From the IMG/VR virus record IMGVR_UViG_3300021091_000016: a stretch of 64,000 bases of DNA; one strand, given 5' to 3'. The translations under genes and the position numbers were made by a program. Below are positions 18,360 to 28,954 of this stretch, one piece after another. A model generated the notes under the pieces. That model was given only the letters and a program-made list of their open reading frames with translations, had not been told where the DNA came from and searched no databases. This DNA is from a virus. Position 1 is the first letter of the stretch; each line of letters opens with the position of its first letter.

Positions 18360-19004
18360 ATGCGAGGAAACATGTCAAATGACAAATCTGAATACAAAGC
18401 TATAGTTAAAGCAATTATAGACAATGCTTTAGTAGATTACGTAAAGCTACAGCATCCAAACAATAGAAAAAAGAAATTTTTACAAAACGCATATATAAAT
18501 TCCATAGCATTACTTTTTGATAGCTCATTTAAATTTGATTTTTCATCTCAGTATACTGGAGATTTATTAAAATTAGATGAAGCATTAGCAATGCTCATGG
18601 ATGGACAATTAGCTTCAATTCCTAAAACTAGACAGCATGTAGTATCAGAAACAGTAGAGTATTGGACTGAAAAACACTTTCAAGATTTAGTAATACCAAA
18701 AACAGTAAACGTATGTGGATACGTTTACTTTATAAGATATTTAGAAGTAGAAAAGTCTTATATAGATAAAGAAAAATTCTTAATAGTGCTTGTTAAGAAT
18801 TCAAAAGACAATGATAGGTATTTTGTTAAACATGTTATTGATTTAATTTTATACCAAGCAAATATAGAGATTAATAGAAGTGAAGTAATCGAGCTCCAAA
18901 AATATATATATTTATTTTTGAAAGTAAATGGTTGCTTTTCTAATAAGTCAGAAGATTTAGACCCCGAAATACAAAAGAGAATAGACGAATATGGAACAGA
19001 GTGA
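18360..19004 (+). CDS. hypothetical protein
   Basis: 214-aa ORF. Confidence 0.6.
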   Translation: MRGNMSNDKSEYKAIVKAIIDNALVDYVKLQHPNNRKKKFLQNAYINSIALLFDSSFKFDFSSQYTGDLLKLDEALAMLMDGQLASIPKTRQHVVSETVEYWTEKHFQDLVIPKTVNVCGYVYFIRYLEVEKSYIDKEKFLIVLVKNSKDNDRYFVKHVIDLILYQANIEINRSEVIELQKYIYLFLKVNGCFSNKSEDLDPEIQKRIDEYGTE

Positions 19005-19319
19005 ATCCTTTATTCTTGAATATGAAATGAGATTGCACGAATTAACATTATTAAAGGAAGTAGCAGAAAAAATCCTATCAGAACCAGATACGATTAGCTT
19101 CCTTATGTGGTGTAATCCATTGATTCAATTCTATAAAACAAAATTAGATGAGCTTCAAAATGCTTGAAGCTAGCCTTGAGATTTGCAATAGCTTCTATAC
19201 TTATCTATTAGATTATCATTTATGGAATGATAGCTTAAGTATAGATCAATATTTATTTATGAAGTTACCAATAGATTCCTTTTGTTATTCAATTGGATAC
19301 ATTCCAGAAAGCTGCTAAT

Positions 19320-19712
19320 ATGCAAAGTAAGAAAGAAACTATCGAATCCTTTTTGCAAAAAGGAAAGACTATAATTTATGTAGATTCAAGAAAAGAAAAT
19401 GTAATGCTACCTGATTATTTAATGGGGCTGATTCAAGTAAAGCTATCCTTAAGCTACAAGTATCCTCATAACGTTTTTCTATTAACAGATGAATTTTTAA
19501 AAATTGATTTATCATTTAATCAAAACAAATTTGTATGTGACATTCCTTTAGATGCAATTTATCTAGTAGCGTCATCAGATGATGTATCTGATTTGGTTAC
19601 ATTCTTTGAATCAGTGCCAGAAATCTTTATTCAGATTGCTGAGGATATACAAACCTTAAAAGAATCTACAAATGAAATCGATTTTGAAGGATTTTTTAAA
19701 AGCCATGATTGA
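19320..19712 (+). CDS. sspB: SspB-like ClpXP adaptor (stringent starvation protein B)
   Basis: IYVDSRKENVMLPDYL...LSLSY...LSFNQNKFVCDIPLDAIY follows the SspB pattern. Confidence 0.7.
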   Translation: MQSKKETIESFLQKGKTIIYVDSRKENVMLPDYLMGLIQVKLSLSYKYPHNVFLLTDEFLKIDLSFNQNKFVCDIPLDAIYLVASSDDVSDLVTFFESVPEIFIQIAEDIQTLKESTNEIDFEGFFKSHD

Positions 19713-20115
19713 AAACAAACATTTACATGCTGGCAAAGTCATGTATAAATTTTACCATGGATACAATATAAATCCACTTTTAGAAATGATGAAACAATTC
19801 AATTACACTTTTTCTACCCTTTATCAAAGCTCTGGTCTATTTAGACTTTGGTTTGTTAATAATTTTAATCCAGCAAAAAGAATGATGATTACAGAGTACC
19901 CTCGTTATAAAAATTTAGAAATTTCTTTGTTTATAATAGACGAGGAAACAGGTTTCTCTAAAAAAAAGGCATTTCGTAATATTGACAATTATTGGCAAAC
20001 AAGCGTAATAGATGGTCTGCATTATATTAATATGCAGGCTATTCTAGAAAACTATCAAGCCGTAGAAGAAGAAATAAATAAAAAACAATGCGAACCTGGA
20101 ACAATTACTTTATAG
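19672..20115 (+). CDS. hypothetical protein
   Basis: ORF in operon. Confidence 0.5.
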   Translation: MKSILKDFLKAMIENKHLHAGKVMYKFYHGYNINPLLEMMKQFNYTFSTLYQSSGLFRLWFVNNFNPAKRMMITEYPRYKNLEISLFIIDEETGFSKKKAFRNIDNYWQTSVIDGLHYINMQAILENYQAVEEEINKKQCEPGTITL

Positions 20116-20516
20116 AATTAACAAAGCATGTATCAACTAGAAGTACTTGCGATAGAAAGCATGTTGGCTGCGTTATTGTTCGTGATAACAATATTCTTGC
20201 TACTGGGTATAATGGTTCTCTTACTAAAGATGATCATTGCGATGATGCTGGACATTTAATAGTAGATAATCATTGTATTCGTACAGTGCATGCAGAAAGA
20301 AATGCAGTATTCCAAGCTGCTAAAAATGGCGTAAGTTTGAAAGATTCTACTGCATATGTTAATGTAGAACCATGTTGGGAATGCTTTAAAAGTTTAATTA
20401 GTAGCGGCGTTATTAATATCTACTATGAAAGTGATTATCCAAACTCAAGTAATGTCTACATTAAAGAATACTTAACTAAAAACAAAAACATAACCTTTAT
20501 AAAGATAGGAGATTAA
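20088..20516 (+). CDS. dCMP deaminase (ComEB-like)
   Basis: RSTC...VGCVIV...TGYNG, HAERNA, EPCWEC. Confidence 0.93.
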   Translation: MRTWNNYFIELTKHVSTRSTCDRKHVGCVIVRDNNILATGYNGSLTKDDHCDDAGHLIVDNHCIRTVHAERNAVFQAAKNGVSLKDSTAYVNVEPCWECFKSLISSGVINIYYESDYPNSSNVYIKEYLTKNKNITFIKIGD

Positions 20517-20518
20517 TT

Positions 20519-20947
20519 ATGGCAATAGAATCTTATCAATATCTTCTTGGCGCATTTAAATGCGCAGAATTAATACATCATCGCAATCATTTAATTGCTA
20601 AAGGAAATTATTCAGATCACCTTTTGCTAGGTGAAATTTACGAATCCTATACAAAGTATTTTGATTCTTTTGCGGAAAAAGGAATTGTAATATATGGAGA
20701 AGAAGTAGTAAATTTAGAAATCATTTTGAAAATGCAAATGATGTGCTATCAAAATCAAAATGTGACAACAGATGTAATTAAAACCTCTTTATCTATTGAA
20801 GAATATATCGTTTCCGAATTAGATGAACTATATGAAGAATTAAAGCAATCTGATAATCTAACATTAGGATTAGACGATTTGATAATGTCCACATCAAGCG
20901 AAGTAGAGGACAATATTTATTTATTGACTCAACGCTCTAAGGGGTAA
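20519..20947 (+). CDS. Dps/ferritin-like protein
   Basis: H...KG..YSDHLLLGEIY...DSFAEK. Confidence 0.7.
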   Translation: MAIESYQYLLGAFKCAELIHHRNHLIAKGNYSDHLLLGEIYESYTKYFDSFAEKGIVIYGEEVVNLEIILKMQMMCYQNQNVTTDVIKTSLSIEEYIVSELDELYEELKQSDNLTLGLDDLIMSTSSEVEDNIYLLTQRSKG

Positions 20948-21016
20948 TATGGATCAAGATGATGACTTATTCTCTGTAATATTTTTTTTAACAATAATCC
21001 TTTATGTAATTGTAAA

Positions 21017-22078
21017 TTGATGCAAAATAAAAACTTTAATAAATATTTAAAACTTCTAACTGACAAAACATACGAAAACATTAATGAATCTCAAACAATT
21101 GATTGGCTAATTGCACCAATGTTAAGAGATTTATTTGAATGGGATCGTGAAGACCCAGAAGAAGTAAAAGCACAATGGCGAAAGCTTACAGATGGTGAAA
21201 GAGAAAACCCTGTAGACTTTGCTTTATTTGTACCTAATCAAACTAAACCAATTGCTTTAGTAGAAGCTAAAAGATTAAATGAAAAGCTAGTAGGTAAACC
21301 AGTTAGTCAGGCAATCTCGTATTGTATCTCTGCTAATGTGCGTTGGGCTATTTTGACAAACGGATTAGAATGGAAGGTCTATGACGCGTTAGACCTATCA
21401 AAAGATGAATTAACAGATAGATTATTATTTCAAGTTAACATTTTAGATTTTATTGAAAATAGATCTGAAATGAATAACGTAGATTTAATTTCAAAAACAA
21501 AAATAGAATCATTAGAACAAATCATTCAAAATCAAAAGATCAAAGCAACTGTAGAATCATTCTTTGATTTAGATTTACATTTAAACTTATTCAGCGAGTT
21601 CATTAGTAATCAAACTAAATATAAAGTAGATTCTGTAAAAGAAATATTAAAAGATTATTGCGTCGAATTAAAAAAGAAACAAGCTGCACCAGTTAAAATA
21701 TTGAATTGGCAAAGAGTAACTCAAGAATTAGATCCAAATACTAAATTAACTTCTTTAAGAGTAAAAACAAAAGATGATGATTATGTATTTGATTTTAAGA
21801 ATTGGACACAAGCACTAGAGAATACTGTATCTTTCTTGTTCGACAGATATGATAAACTTCAAATGCTTTATTCAAATGAAAATCTTAAACAATATATTTC
21901 TACAAACAAACAAACATTACAAAAAGACTATGTACTAGATTCATCTATTAAACAAATTAAAGGTGGATTTTTAAGTACACATTCAGCAACACAAACAAAA
22001 CTAAAGTTAATTATTGCATTGAAAGATTATTTAAATAGCGCTAATGAAACTGTAGATTGCTTTTATTTAGAAAGTTAA
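21017..22078 (+). CDS. HsdR-N-like PD-(D/E)XK restriction endonuclease
   Basis: NESQT...VDFAL...VEAKRL...QAISY...ILTNGLEWKVYD. Confidence 0.78.
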   Translation: MMQNKNFNKYLKLLTDKTYENINESQTIDWLIAPMLRDLFEWDREDPEEVKAQWRKLTDGERENPVDFALFVPNQTKPIALVEAKRLNEKLVGKPVSQAISYCISANVRWAILTNGLEWKVYDALDLSKDELTDRLLFQVNILDFIENRSEMNNVDLISKTKIESLEQIIQNQKIKATVESFFDLDLHLNLFSEFISNQTKYKVDSVKEILKDYCVELKKKQAAPVKILNWQRVTQELDPNTKLTSLRVKTKDDDYVFDFKNWTQALENTVSFLFDRYDKLQMLYSNENLKQYISTNKQTLQKDYVLDSSIKQIKGGFLSTHSATQTKLKLIIALKDYLNSANETVDCFYLES

Positions 22079-22081
22079 TAA

Positions 22082-24568
22082 ATGAATATAGATGAGTTTG
22101 CACAAAGACTTGCAGAACAAACAAAAGTATTAAAACAAAATCTAATTAAAGATTTAAATGAATCTGAAACTTTAAGTGAGCTTAGAGATAGTATTCAAAA
22201 GAATTTAATTGCAGATATTAATGACGAATCGTTTTCTGATTTATTTGCGCAAACCATTTCTTATTCAATGTTTGCTGCAAAACAGATTTATAACGAATCA
22301 AATAAAGATTCAGATAAATTTACATTTGAGGATATTATTTTTTATATGCCTCAATCTAATCCATTCTTAAAACAATTCTTTTATATTTTAGAAGAGAATA
22401 GTAAAATCTTAAATCAAAATATTTTTGATTCAATTAATCAGATATTTAATTTAGTTAAAGAAAATGATTTATCAATTACAGAACATCAACGTGGTGATTT
22501 GCTAATTCATTTTTATGAAGATTTTTTACAATACTATTCACCTGAAACAAGAAAGAATCTTGGAGTATGGTACACTCCAGAACCAATCGTAGATTACATG
22601 ATTGATATGTCACAATTGTTTTTAAAAGATAAATTAAATATTAATGGTGGTTTTTTAAACAATGAATATTGTGACGAAAAATATAGTAAAGTTCAAGTAT
22701 TAGATCCTGCAACTGGTACTGGTAATTTTCTAGTAAGAATTGCAACAAGAATTTGCGATTCAATTGAAAATAGTAAAAAACGTTTTGAATATATTAGAGA
22801 TCATTTAATTAATAAACTAAATGGCTTTGAATTATTAATGACGTCTTATACTATTGCTAATTTTAAATTAGATCAGTTATTTAGACACTATGGTTACAAA
22901 GTAAAAACTAGTAATGGTCGCCAAAGAACAAACATATACTTAACTAATACCTTAGATAAAGTTTCAGTAAATGAAATTTTACTTGAAAAAGATAACTTTG
23001 TAGGTTTACTTGCAAGAGAAACTGAAGGAGCTAATCAAGTAAAAGAAAATAAACCAGTATTTGTTGTAATTGGTAACCCACCATACAACCGTAATAGTAA
23101 AAACAACTCTAAATTTATTACTGATTTAATGCAAACGTATAAAGCAGATTTCAATACCGCTGGTGGTTTAAATGACGATTATATTAAATTCTTTAGATAC
23201 GCTCATGATTTAATTAGTAGGCAAGAAACAGGTTTAATTTCATTTATTACTAGTAATAGCTTTATCAAATCTCAGGCTTGTCAACAAATGAGAGTTTCGC
23301 TTCTGAAAGATTTTGATGAAATTTATATTTTAAATTTAAACGGTGATAAAACAAAAGAAGATAAAAACGTTTTTGATATCAAAACGAATGTATGTATCAC
23401 TTTTTTAATCAAAACAGGATTAAAAGAAAAGTATGATTTTGGAGAAGTATTCTATGCAGATTTAATTGGTAGTAAGTGGTTCAAATTTCAATGTTTACAA
23501 AATAAAGATATTCATTTTCAAAAGCTAACACTTGAAGCACCTAATTATTTCTTTATTCCTTTAGATAATGAATTATTAAAAATTTATAATGAAGGATTTT
23601 CGCTAGGAGATATATTTAAAGTTAAAGGTGCTGGAGTACTAACAGCAACTGATGAATTATTAGTAAATACTAAACTCGATAAATTAAAATCAAATATCAA
23701 GCTTCATTTAGAATCACAGAATAGTCCATTTAAAGGAGTCTCTCTAAACAAAAAAGAAAAAGACGCAAATGGTACCTACAAGACTTTTGCTTATAGACCA
23801 TTTGATAATCGTTATTATTATGATTCAAAGATGACAGAAGGAAAAAGATTAGAGCTTGTAAAGCATGAATCAATTCAAGATAATTTCTATTTTAATTTCA
23901 CTGCATCAGTAAGAGATAGTAGTGATTTTAAACATGTTGTACTTACAAAAGGTACTCCAGAGTTTGCTTTTTTTACAGGAAAAGCAAACACGCATTCTGC
24001 ACCACTATATATCTATAACGAACAAAATAAAGTAGAATCTAATATAAAAGAATCATTTATAAAAGAAATAAATGATTGTCTAGGCGATACAGAAATAGAA
24101 GCAAAACATATTATGGACTATATATATGGTTATTTAAATATGCCTAGTTATGTAGAGAAGTTCAATGGTTTACTTAAACAGAATTATCCAAGAGTACCAT
24201 ATCCAAAAGACTATGATGAGTTTTATAGAATAGCTAATATTGGCGCGCAACTAAGACAACATCATTTGTTCTCTTTCGAAATAGACTCTTTTGAAATAGA
24301 AACGACTGTGTTTGCAAATGTAAAGTTTCCATGCAAAATAAATGTCAATAATAAGCTAGAAATTAATGTCATTAATGACATTAATTTTCAATTAAAAAAT
24401 GACATTTGGGAATTCAAGATTGGTGCCTGTCAGATTTTAAAGAACTGGATTAAAGCTAGAGTAAATGAAGAAATTACATTTGAAGAGTTTTTGCATTTTC
24501 TAAAAATGATTAATGCAATCGAAGAAACTATTAAACTTAGAAATAAGCTTAATGAAACAAAGGATTAA
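22082..24568 (+). CDS. N6-adenine DNA methyltransferase with type ISP/IIG-like C-terminal target-recognition domain
   Basis: GVWYTP, VLDPATGTGNFL, IGNPPY, DDYIKFFR, YRPFD. Confidence 0.88.
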   Translation: MNIDEFAQRLAEQTKVLKQNLIKDLNESETLSELRDSIQKNLIADINDESFSDLFAQTISYSMFAAKQIYNESNKDSDKFTFEDIIFYMPQSNPFLKQFFYILEENSKILNQNIFDSINQIFNLVKENDLSITEHQRGDLLIHFYEDFLQYYSPETRKNLGVWYTPEPIVDYMIDMSQLFLKDKLNINGGFLNNEYCDEKYSKVQVLDPATGTGNFLVRIATRICDSIENSKKRFEYIRDHLINKLNGFELLMTSYTIANFKLDQLFRHYGYKVKTSNGRQRTNIYLTNTLDKVSVNEILLEKDNFVGLLARETEGANQVKENKPVFVVIGNPPYNRNSKNNSKFITDLMQTYKADFNTAGGLNDDYIKFFRYAHDLISRQETGLISFITSNSFIKSQACQQMRVSLLKDFDEIYILNLNGDKTKEDKNVFDIKTNVCITFLIKTGLKEKYDFGEVFYADLIGSKWFKFQCLQNKDIHFQKLTLEAPNYFFIPLDNELLKIYNEGFSLGDIFKVKGAGVLTATDELLVNTKLDKLKSNIKLHLESQNSPFKGVSLNKKEKDANGTYKTFAYRPFDNRYYYDSKMTEGKRLELVKHESIQDNFYFNFTASVRDSSDFKHVVLTKGTPEFAFFTGKANTHSAPLYIYNEQNKVESNIKESFIKEINDCLGDTEIEAKHIMDYIYGYLNMPSYVEKFNGLLKQNYPRVPYPKDYDEFYRIANIGAQLRQHHLFSFEIDSFEIETTVFANVKFPCKINVNNKLEINVINDINFQLKNDIWEFKIGACQILKNWIKARVNEEITFEEFLHFLKMINAIEETIKLRNKLNETKD

Positions 24569-24570
24569 AA

Positions 24571-25197
24571 ATGGCAATTAAAAAACTAACTGGTATTCCA
24601 GAAATTGATGCAATTGCATCAGCCTTTACTAAGAAATATGGTAAAGAAGAAATTCTATCTATGGGCCCTAAGTACGAGAAAGTAGAGCCTATTTCTACTG
24701 GCTCTGTATCTTTAGATGCTGTACTTGGTATTGGTGGCGTACCAGATGATAGAGTAATTGAAATATTCGGTCCACCTTCTGCTGGTAAAACATCCTTATG
24801 TTTGCAGATTGTACGTAATTATGTTCAAGCAAAAGGATATACAAAGCCACCAGTATGGATCGACTTAGAAAGAACTACAGGTTTAGATCTTGTAGAATCT
24901 ATGGGTTTAGATCCAGATAAAATGATTTTTGTTTATCCAGATACGGCAGAGGAAGCATTACAACTAGCACAAGACTTAGGCAAGACTGGTAAAGTTGGTG
25001 TTGTAGTATTTGATAGTATTGATGCCGCACAATCAGAAAAAGAAACCAAACGTAATATGAACGAGGTTGGCGTTGCTGATTTGCCAAGACTACTGTCTAA
25101 AGCCTTACGTTCTATTAGTAAAATCAGTGTAGATAATAAAGTCTGTTATTTGTTTATTAATCAAGTGCGTACTAATATTGGCGTCATGTATGGAAAT
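24571..25197 (+). CDS. recA: RecA recombinase, exon 1
   Basis: ISTGSVSLDAVLGIGG, EIFGPPSAGKT, FINQVRTNIGVMYGN. Confidence 0.93.
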
Positions 25198-26137
25198 TAA
25201 CTTGAAGTTACAACGATTTTATGTAAAATATTTTTAGATCAAATACAAGGATTTAAAAATGGCATTAACTATAAATGGAATGACTTTTAACAAGATGACA
25301 ATGGAACAAGTTGATTTTGTTAAAGAAAACTTTTCAACAATGAAAATGAAAGATATTTGTGAACAAGCAGGCATTTGTGATGAAACGTTTTATCGTTTAT
25401 TAAAAGCTTTAAAATTAAAACGCGAGCGAATGTGGTATCACAAAATACCAAAGACAGAAGAAGCTTTAAATATTTTAAAAGATCCTTACATAAGTCATGT
25501 AAAGGCTGCAGAAATATTTGGAGTTAGTGAATCTGCCGTAGGTCACCTTAGAAAATCTTTAAATGTTTCTGTAAGAAGAAATTTCTCAATGAACTTAATA
25601 GAAGAAAAAGTATCTAAAATATTAGATGAATTAGACTATGCTTATATTTATGAAAAAAGAATAGCTCAATGGTCTATTGATTTTTATTTAGGTCAAAAAA
25701 TATGTATAGATGTTCATGGAGTTTGGTCTCATTCTTTTGAAAAACAAAAGGAAAGAGATTCAAGGAAAGAAATTTTTCTCAAAGAAAACGGATACAAATA
25801 TTTAGTAATTCATGAATCAGAATTAAGTAATGCTAAACAAAAAATCGAACAATTTCTAATCGGTTTCCCTCAATAGTGATATTGAGTAAAAAACCTTGTG
25901 AACCATGTCCATGGGTGTTATGTAAAAACATAGCTAACGGTGAAACCCTTCAATAATTGGGCAATACCGTGCCAAGACTCTTTAGAGTAAGGTGTAGAGA
26001 CTATCGAAAACCTATGAATAATAGAAGTGAGTAGAGTAGAGATTGAGATAGACACAATCTCCAAGCGCAAGGCTCTCAGTAAAATGAGATGAAGATATAG
26101 TCCTTTCCATAGAAATGATAAATTTATGGGTAAAAAG
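25198..26137 (+). mobile_element. group I self-splicing intron in recA with endonuclease ORF in the P1 loop
   Basis: Exon ends in T, intron ends in G, splicing restores MYGN-PETT; P7 GACTA(25999)/TAGTC(26098); P3 CCTTGTG/CGCAAGG; AATACCGTGCCAAG core; guide GTTTCC (25863) pairs with GGAAAT. Confidence 0.9.
25259..25876 (+). CDS. intron-encoded homing endonuclease (HTH repeats + Vsr/EDxHD-like nuclease)
   Basis: IEEKV...SIDFYL...IDVHGVWSH...ERDSRK...GYKYLVIHE. Confidence 0.82.
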   Translation: MALTINGMTFNKMTMEQVDFVKENFSTMKMKDICEQAGICDETFYRLLKALKLKRERMWYHKIPKTEEALNILKDPYISHVKAAEIFGVSESAVGHLRKSLNVSVRRNFSMNLIEEKVSKILDELDYAYIYEKRIAQWSIDFYLGQKICIDVHGVWSHSFEKQKERDSRKEIFLKENGYKYLVIHESELSNAKQKIEQFLIGFPQ

Positions 26138-26584
26138 CCAGAAACAACAAGCGGTGGTAATGCAATTCCATTCTATGCTTCTGTACGCTTAAGGGTTTCA
26201 TCAAAGCCATCACAAGATCAAGAAAATGCTTTGACAATGCGTGTTAAAGTAGTAAAGAATAAATGCGCACCAGCATTAAGTAAAGAGGCTAGCTTTGATT
26301 TTGTACCAGGTATTGGTACTGATAAATTTCTTGACGCAGTTAACTATTGTAAGGATAATGGGCTCGTTAGATTTGCAGGCTCTAGTGTTAAGTATACAAA
26401 TCCAAACACTGGAGAAGAAACAAGTCTTTGTAATGGCGGGAGAATGGGTATGAGAGATTATCTTGTATCTAATCCCGAATTCTTTGAAAAGCTAAAGGAT
26501 CAAATATTAAATGCTAACAAAAGAAGAGAAACAGGCGATATATCAAGCACTGAATCTGAACCAACCAGCGACAGTGAAGAGTAA
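26138..26584 (+). CDS. recA: RecA recombinase, exon 2
   Basis: PETTSGGNAIPFYASVRL...KVVKNKCAP. Confidence 0.92.
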   Translation, partial: PETTSGGNAIPFYASVRLRVSSKPSQDQENALTMRVKVVKNKCAPALSKEASFDFVPGIGTDKFLDAVNYCKDNGLVRFAGSSVKYTNPNTGEETSLCNGGRMGMRDYLVSNPEFFEKLKDQILNANKRRETGDISSTESEPTSDSEE

Positions 26585-26951
26585 TCCGTATACTGATGGT
26601 GCTAGATTATATTATCAAAAGATATCTGATATCCTACCTTATATGATTAGTGCTGCAATATACGAACCATTATTAGCTGATTATTTAATGCATATGCTTC
26701 AAAGACATTATTTGGAGCTAAATGCATTTATAGATGCCAATTATGGAAGATGTAAAAACTGCAATAAAGTTTATTATGAGCATTCTTTATGCTCTAAATT
26801 TGAATACAAAGAAAAATGTGTGCAAGAAATAAAGGATGACTTTCCTATATTTTGCGTCCCAGAAATGCCATTGTCATCTCCTAAAAGCTTAGACGATATT
26901 CAAACATGGCGTAATTATTTAGATCAATTAGAATACTTATTAAAGGATTAA
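26511..26951 (+). CDS. hypothetical protein with CxxC...H..C motif
   Basis: 146-aa ORF filling the gap to dnaE. Confidence 0.55.
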   Translation: MLTKEEKQAIYQALNLNQPATVKSNPYTDGARLYYQKISDILPYMISAAIYEPLLADYLMHMLQRHYLELNAFIDANYGRCKNCNKVYYEHSLCSKFEYKEKCVQEIKDDFPIFCVPEMPLSSPKSLDDIQTWRNYLDQLEYLLKD

Positions 26952-26952
26952 A

Positions 26953-28212
26953 ATGAGTTTTGTTCATTTACATGTACACACCGAATATTCATTATTGGAT
27001 GGTATCAATAGAGTAGATACATTACCAAAACATGTTAAAGATATTAACCAAACAGCAATTGCTATGACTGATCATGGTAGTGTCAGTGGTTCGTACAAAT
27101 TTTTTAAACATTGTAAAAGTAATGGCGTACAGCCAATTATTGGAATGGAAGCATATTATACTTGCGCTGACAGAACTGTAAGAGAAAAAGATGATTTAGA
27201 AGAAAATTATTATCATCTTGTTTTGCTTGCAATGAACAATAAAGGTCTACACAACTTATATAAATTATCTACATTCTCTTATACAGAAGGAATGTATCAC
27301 AAACCTAGAGTTGATGATGATTTACTTGCTCAATATAGTGAAGGCATTATTGCTACTACTGCATGCTTGGGTGGTAGGGTTGGTCAACTCATATTGCGTG
27401 GTAGATCAAATGATGCAGCCAAACTTATTGATCATCATAGGGCTATCTTTAATAACAGACTACTTATCGAGCTACAGCTTCATCATAACGAGGAACAAAG
27501 ATTAGTTAACCAAGAACTAATTAAAATTGCCAACCGATATGATTATCCTATTATTTGTACTAACGATTGTCATTATACGCATGAGCATGATAAGCATCAT
27601 CATGAGGCGGCGTTATGCTTACAAACAAAAACAAAACTTTCAGATCCTAAAAGATTTACTTTTGGTGAAATCAAAGTACATGTCGCTGACCATGACTGGA
27701 TGTGGCAGGAAGCACAGCACCTAGGGTTACCATATGATGCTATCTCTAATACTGTAGAGGTTGCTAAAATGATTAATTCTGACGACTATTTTTCAGATAG
27801 AATGAATCGCTATCCAAAGTTTAAAGAGCTTAACGGTATGCAAAGCTTTGAGTATTTAGAGGTTGAAGCTAAACAAGGCTTATGGGAAAGATTTCAAAGT
27901 ATGCCTCCTCAAGAATACAGAGATAGACTTGACCATGAACTTACTGCAATTAAACGCATGGGGTTCTCAGATTACATGCTAGTAGTTGCTCAATTTATGG
28001 ATGGTGCAAGAGAACGTGGAGTTTTACATGGTCCAGGTCGAGGTTCTGCTGCAGGCAGTCTTGTAGCCTGGGCACTTAAGATTACTGAAGTAGACCCAGT
28101 TAAATACAATTTGATATTTTCTAGATTTTTAAATGAGGGACGTGGTGCAACTCCCTTGATTTTTACACCAGAAATGAGTATAGAAGCTAGTAAGTTTATT
28201 ATGCCATTTTAA
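26953..28212 (+). CDS. dnaE: DNA polymerase III alpha, piece 1 (PHP domain to the GRGS region)
   Basis: FVHLHVHTEYSLLDG, AMTDHG, TNDCHY, GPGRGSAAGSLVAWAL, FSRFLN. Confidence 0.93.
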   Translation: MSFVHLHVHTEYSLLDGINRVDTLPKHVKDINQTAIAMTDHGSVSGSYKFFKHCKSNGVQPIIGMEAYYTCADRTVREKDDLEENYYHLVLLAMNNKGLHNLYKLSTFSYTEGMYHKPRVDDDLLAQYSEGIIATTACLGGRVGQLILRGRSNDAAKLIDHHRAIFNNRLLIELQLHHNEEQRLVNQELIKIANRYDYPIICTNDCHYTHEHDKHHHEAALCLQTKTKLSDPKRFTFGEIKVHVADHDWMWQEAQHLGLPYDAISNTVEVAKMINSDDYFSDRMNRYPKFKELNGMQSFEYLEVEAKQGLWERFQSMPPQEYRDRLDHELTAIKRMGFSDYMLVVAQFMDGARERGVLHGPGRGSAAGSLVAWALKITEVDPVKYNLIFSRFLNEGRGATPLIFTPEMSIEASKFIMPF

Positions 28213-28225
28213 AATAGGAGCAATC

Positions 28226-28588
28226 ATGCTAGAGCATAAACATATTATTATTCGTGCAGAGGTAGAAGAACCACCCTCTGATGTTGTTAAAACCGCGCAA
28301 TGGTTTAAAGACCTAGTGGAAGCAATTGATATGAAAATTCTTATGGGTCCCCACGTCGTTTACTTAGACAAAGAAGGAAACCGTGGACTTACTGGTGTTT
28401 GTGTAATCGAAACATCTCATATGGCAATGCATGTCTGGGATGAAACAAATCCAGGCTTAATTGAGCTAGATGTCTATTCGTGTAAAACCTTTAATCCAGA
28501 AATTGTTTTACAAGCTTTACAGCAATTCAAACCAACAAAAGTAGAGCATATTTTACTTGATAGAAAAGATACTATCGAACTTCTATAA
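28226..28588 (+). CDS. speD: S-adenosylmethionine decarboxylase proenzyme
   Basis: GLTGVCVIETSHMAMHVW...DVYSCK. Confidence 0.9.
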   Translation: MLEHKHIIIRAEVEEPPSDVVKTAQWFKDLVEAIDMKILMGPHVVYLDKEGNRGLTGVCVIETSHMAMHVWDETNPGLIELDVYSCKTFNPEIVLQALQQFKPTKVEHILLDRKDTIELL

Positions 28589-28943
28589 AAATATGGATGA
28601 TGAAAAATATACAGAATCGTATCTTAATTTAATTGATTCTATGCCTGAAAACAAATCCTCTAAAAAGGAAATGCCGTTTATAAAAATGATGCTAATATCA
28701 TTTACGCTTTCATTTATAGGAGATATGGTAAACTCATTTGACCATTATGCAGTTACACATGATTGGATAACTACTCAAATATTTTCAGGACTACTTGCAT
28801 CTGCAATATGGACTACAAATGGTATTATACTTATGGGTATGGATACTACTAAAGAAAGAATAAAATTTAGTATATGTAATGCATTAGGCTACACCACAGG
28901 TAGTACTATAATGCTTATGTATATAAAACCCTTATTTGTTTAA
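28557..28943 (+). CDS. membrane protein
   Basis: About three hydrophobic segments. Confidence 0.55.
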   Translation: MIEKILSNFYKNMDDEKYTESYLNLIDSMPENKSSKKEMPFIKMMLISFTLSFIGDMVNSFDHYAVTHDWITTQIFSGLLASAIWTTNGIILMGMDTTKERIKFSICNALGYTTGSTIMLMYIKPLFV

Positions 28944-28954
28944 AAGGAATTAAA

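Noticed and set aside
18373-18384. Extra TGTCA..TGACA box
   Set aside because: Spacer is 2 nt rather than 4, single copy, and inside coding sequence
25198-25200. recA pseudogene or stop-codon reassignment
   Set aside because: The TAA is the start of a group I intron; other genes read intact with the standard code
26126-26137. MGKK start of an independent ORF 26126..26584
   Set aside because: These bases are the intron 3' end; exon 2 begins at 26138
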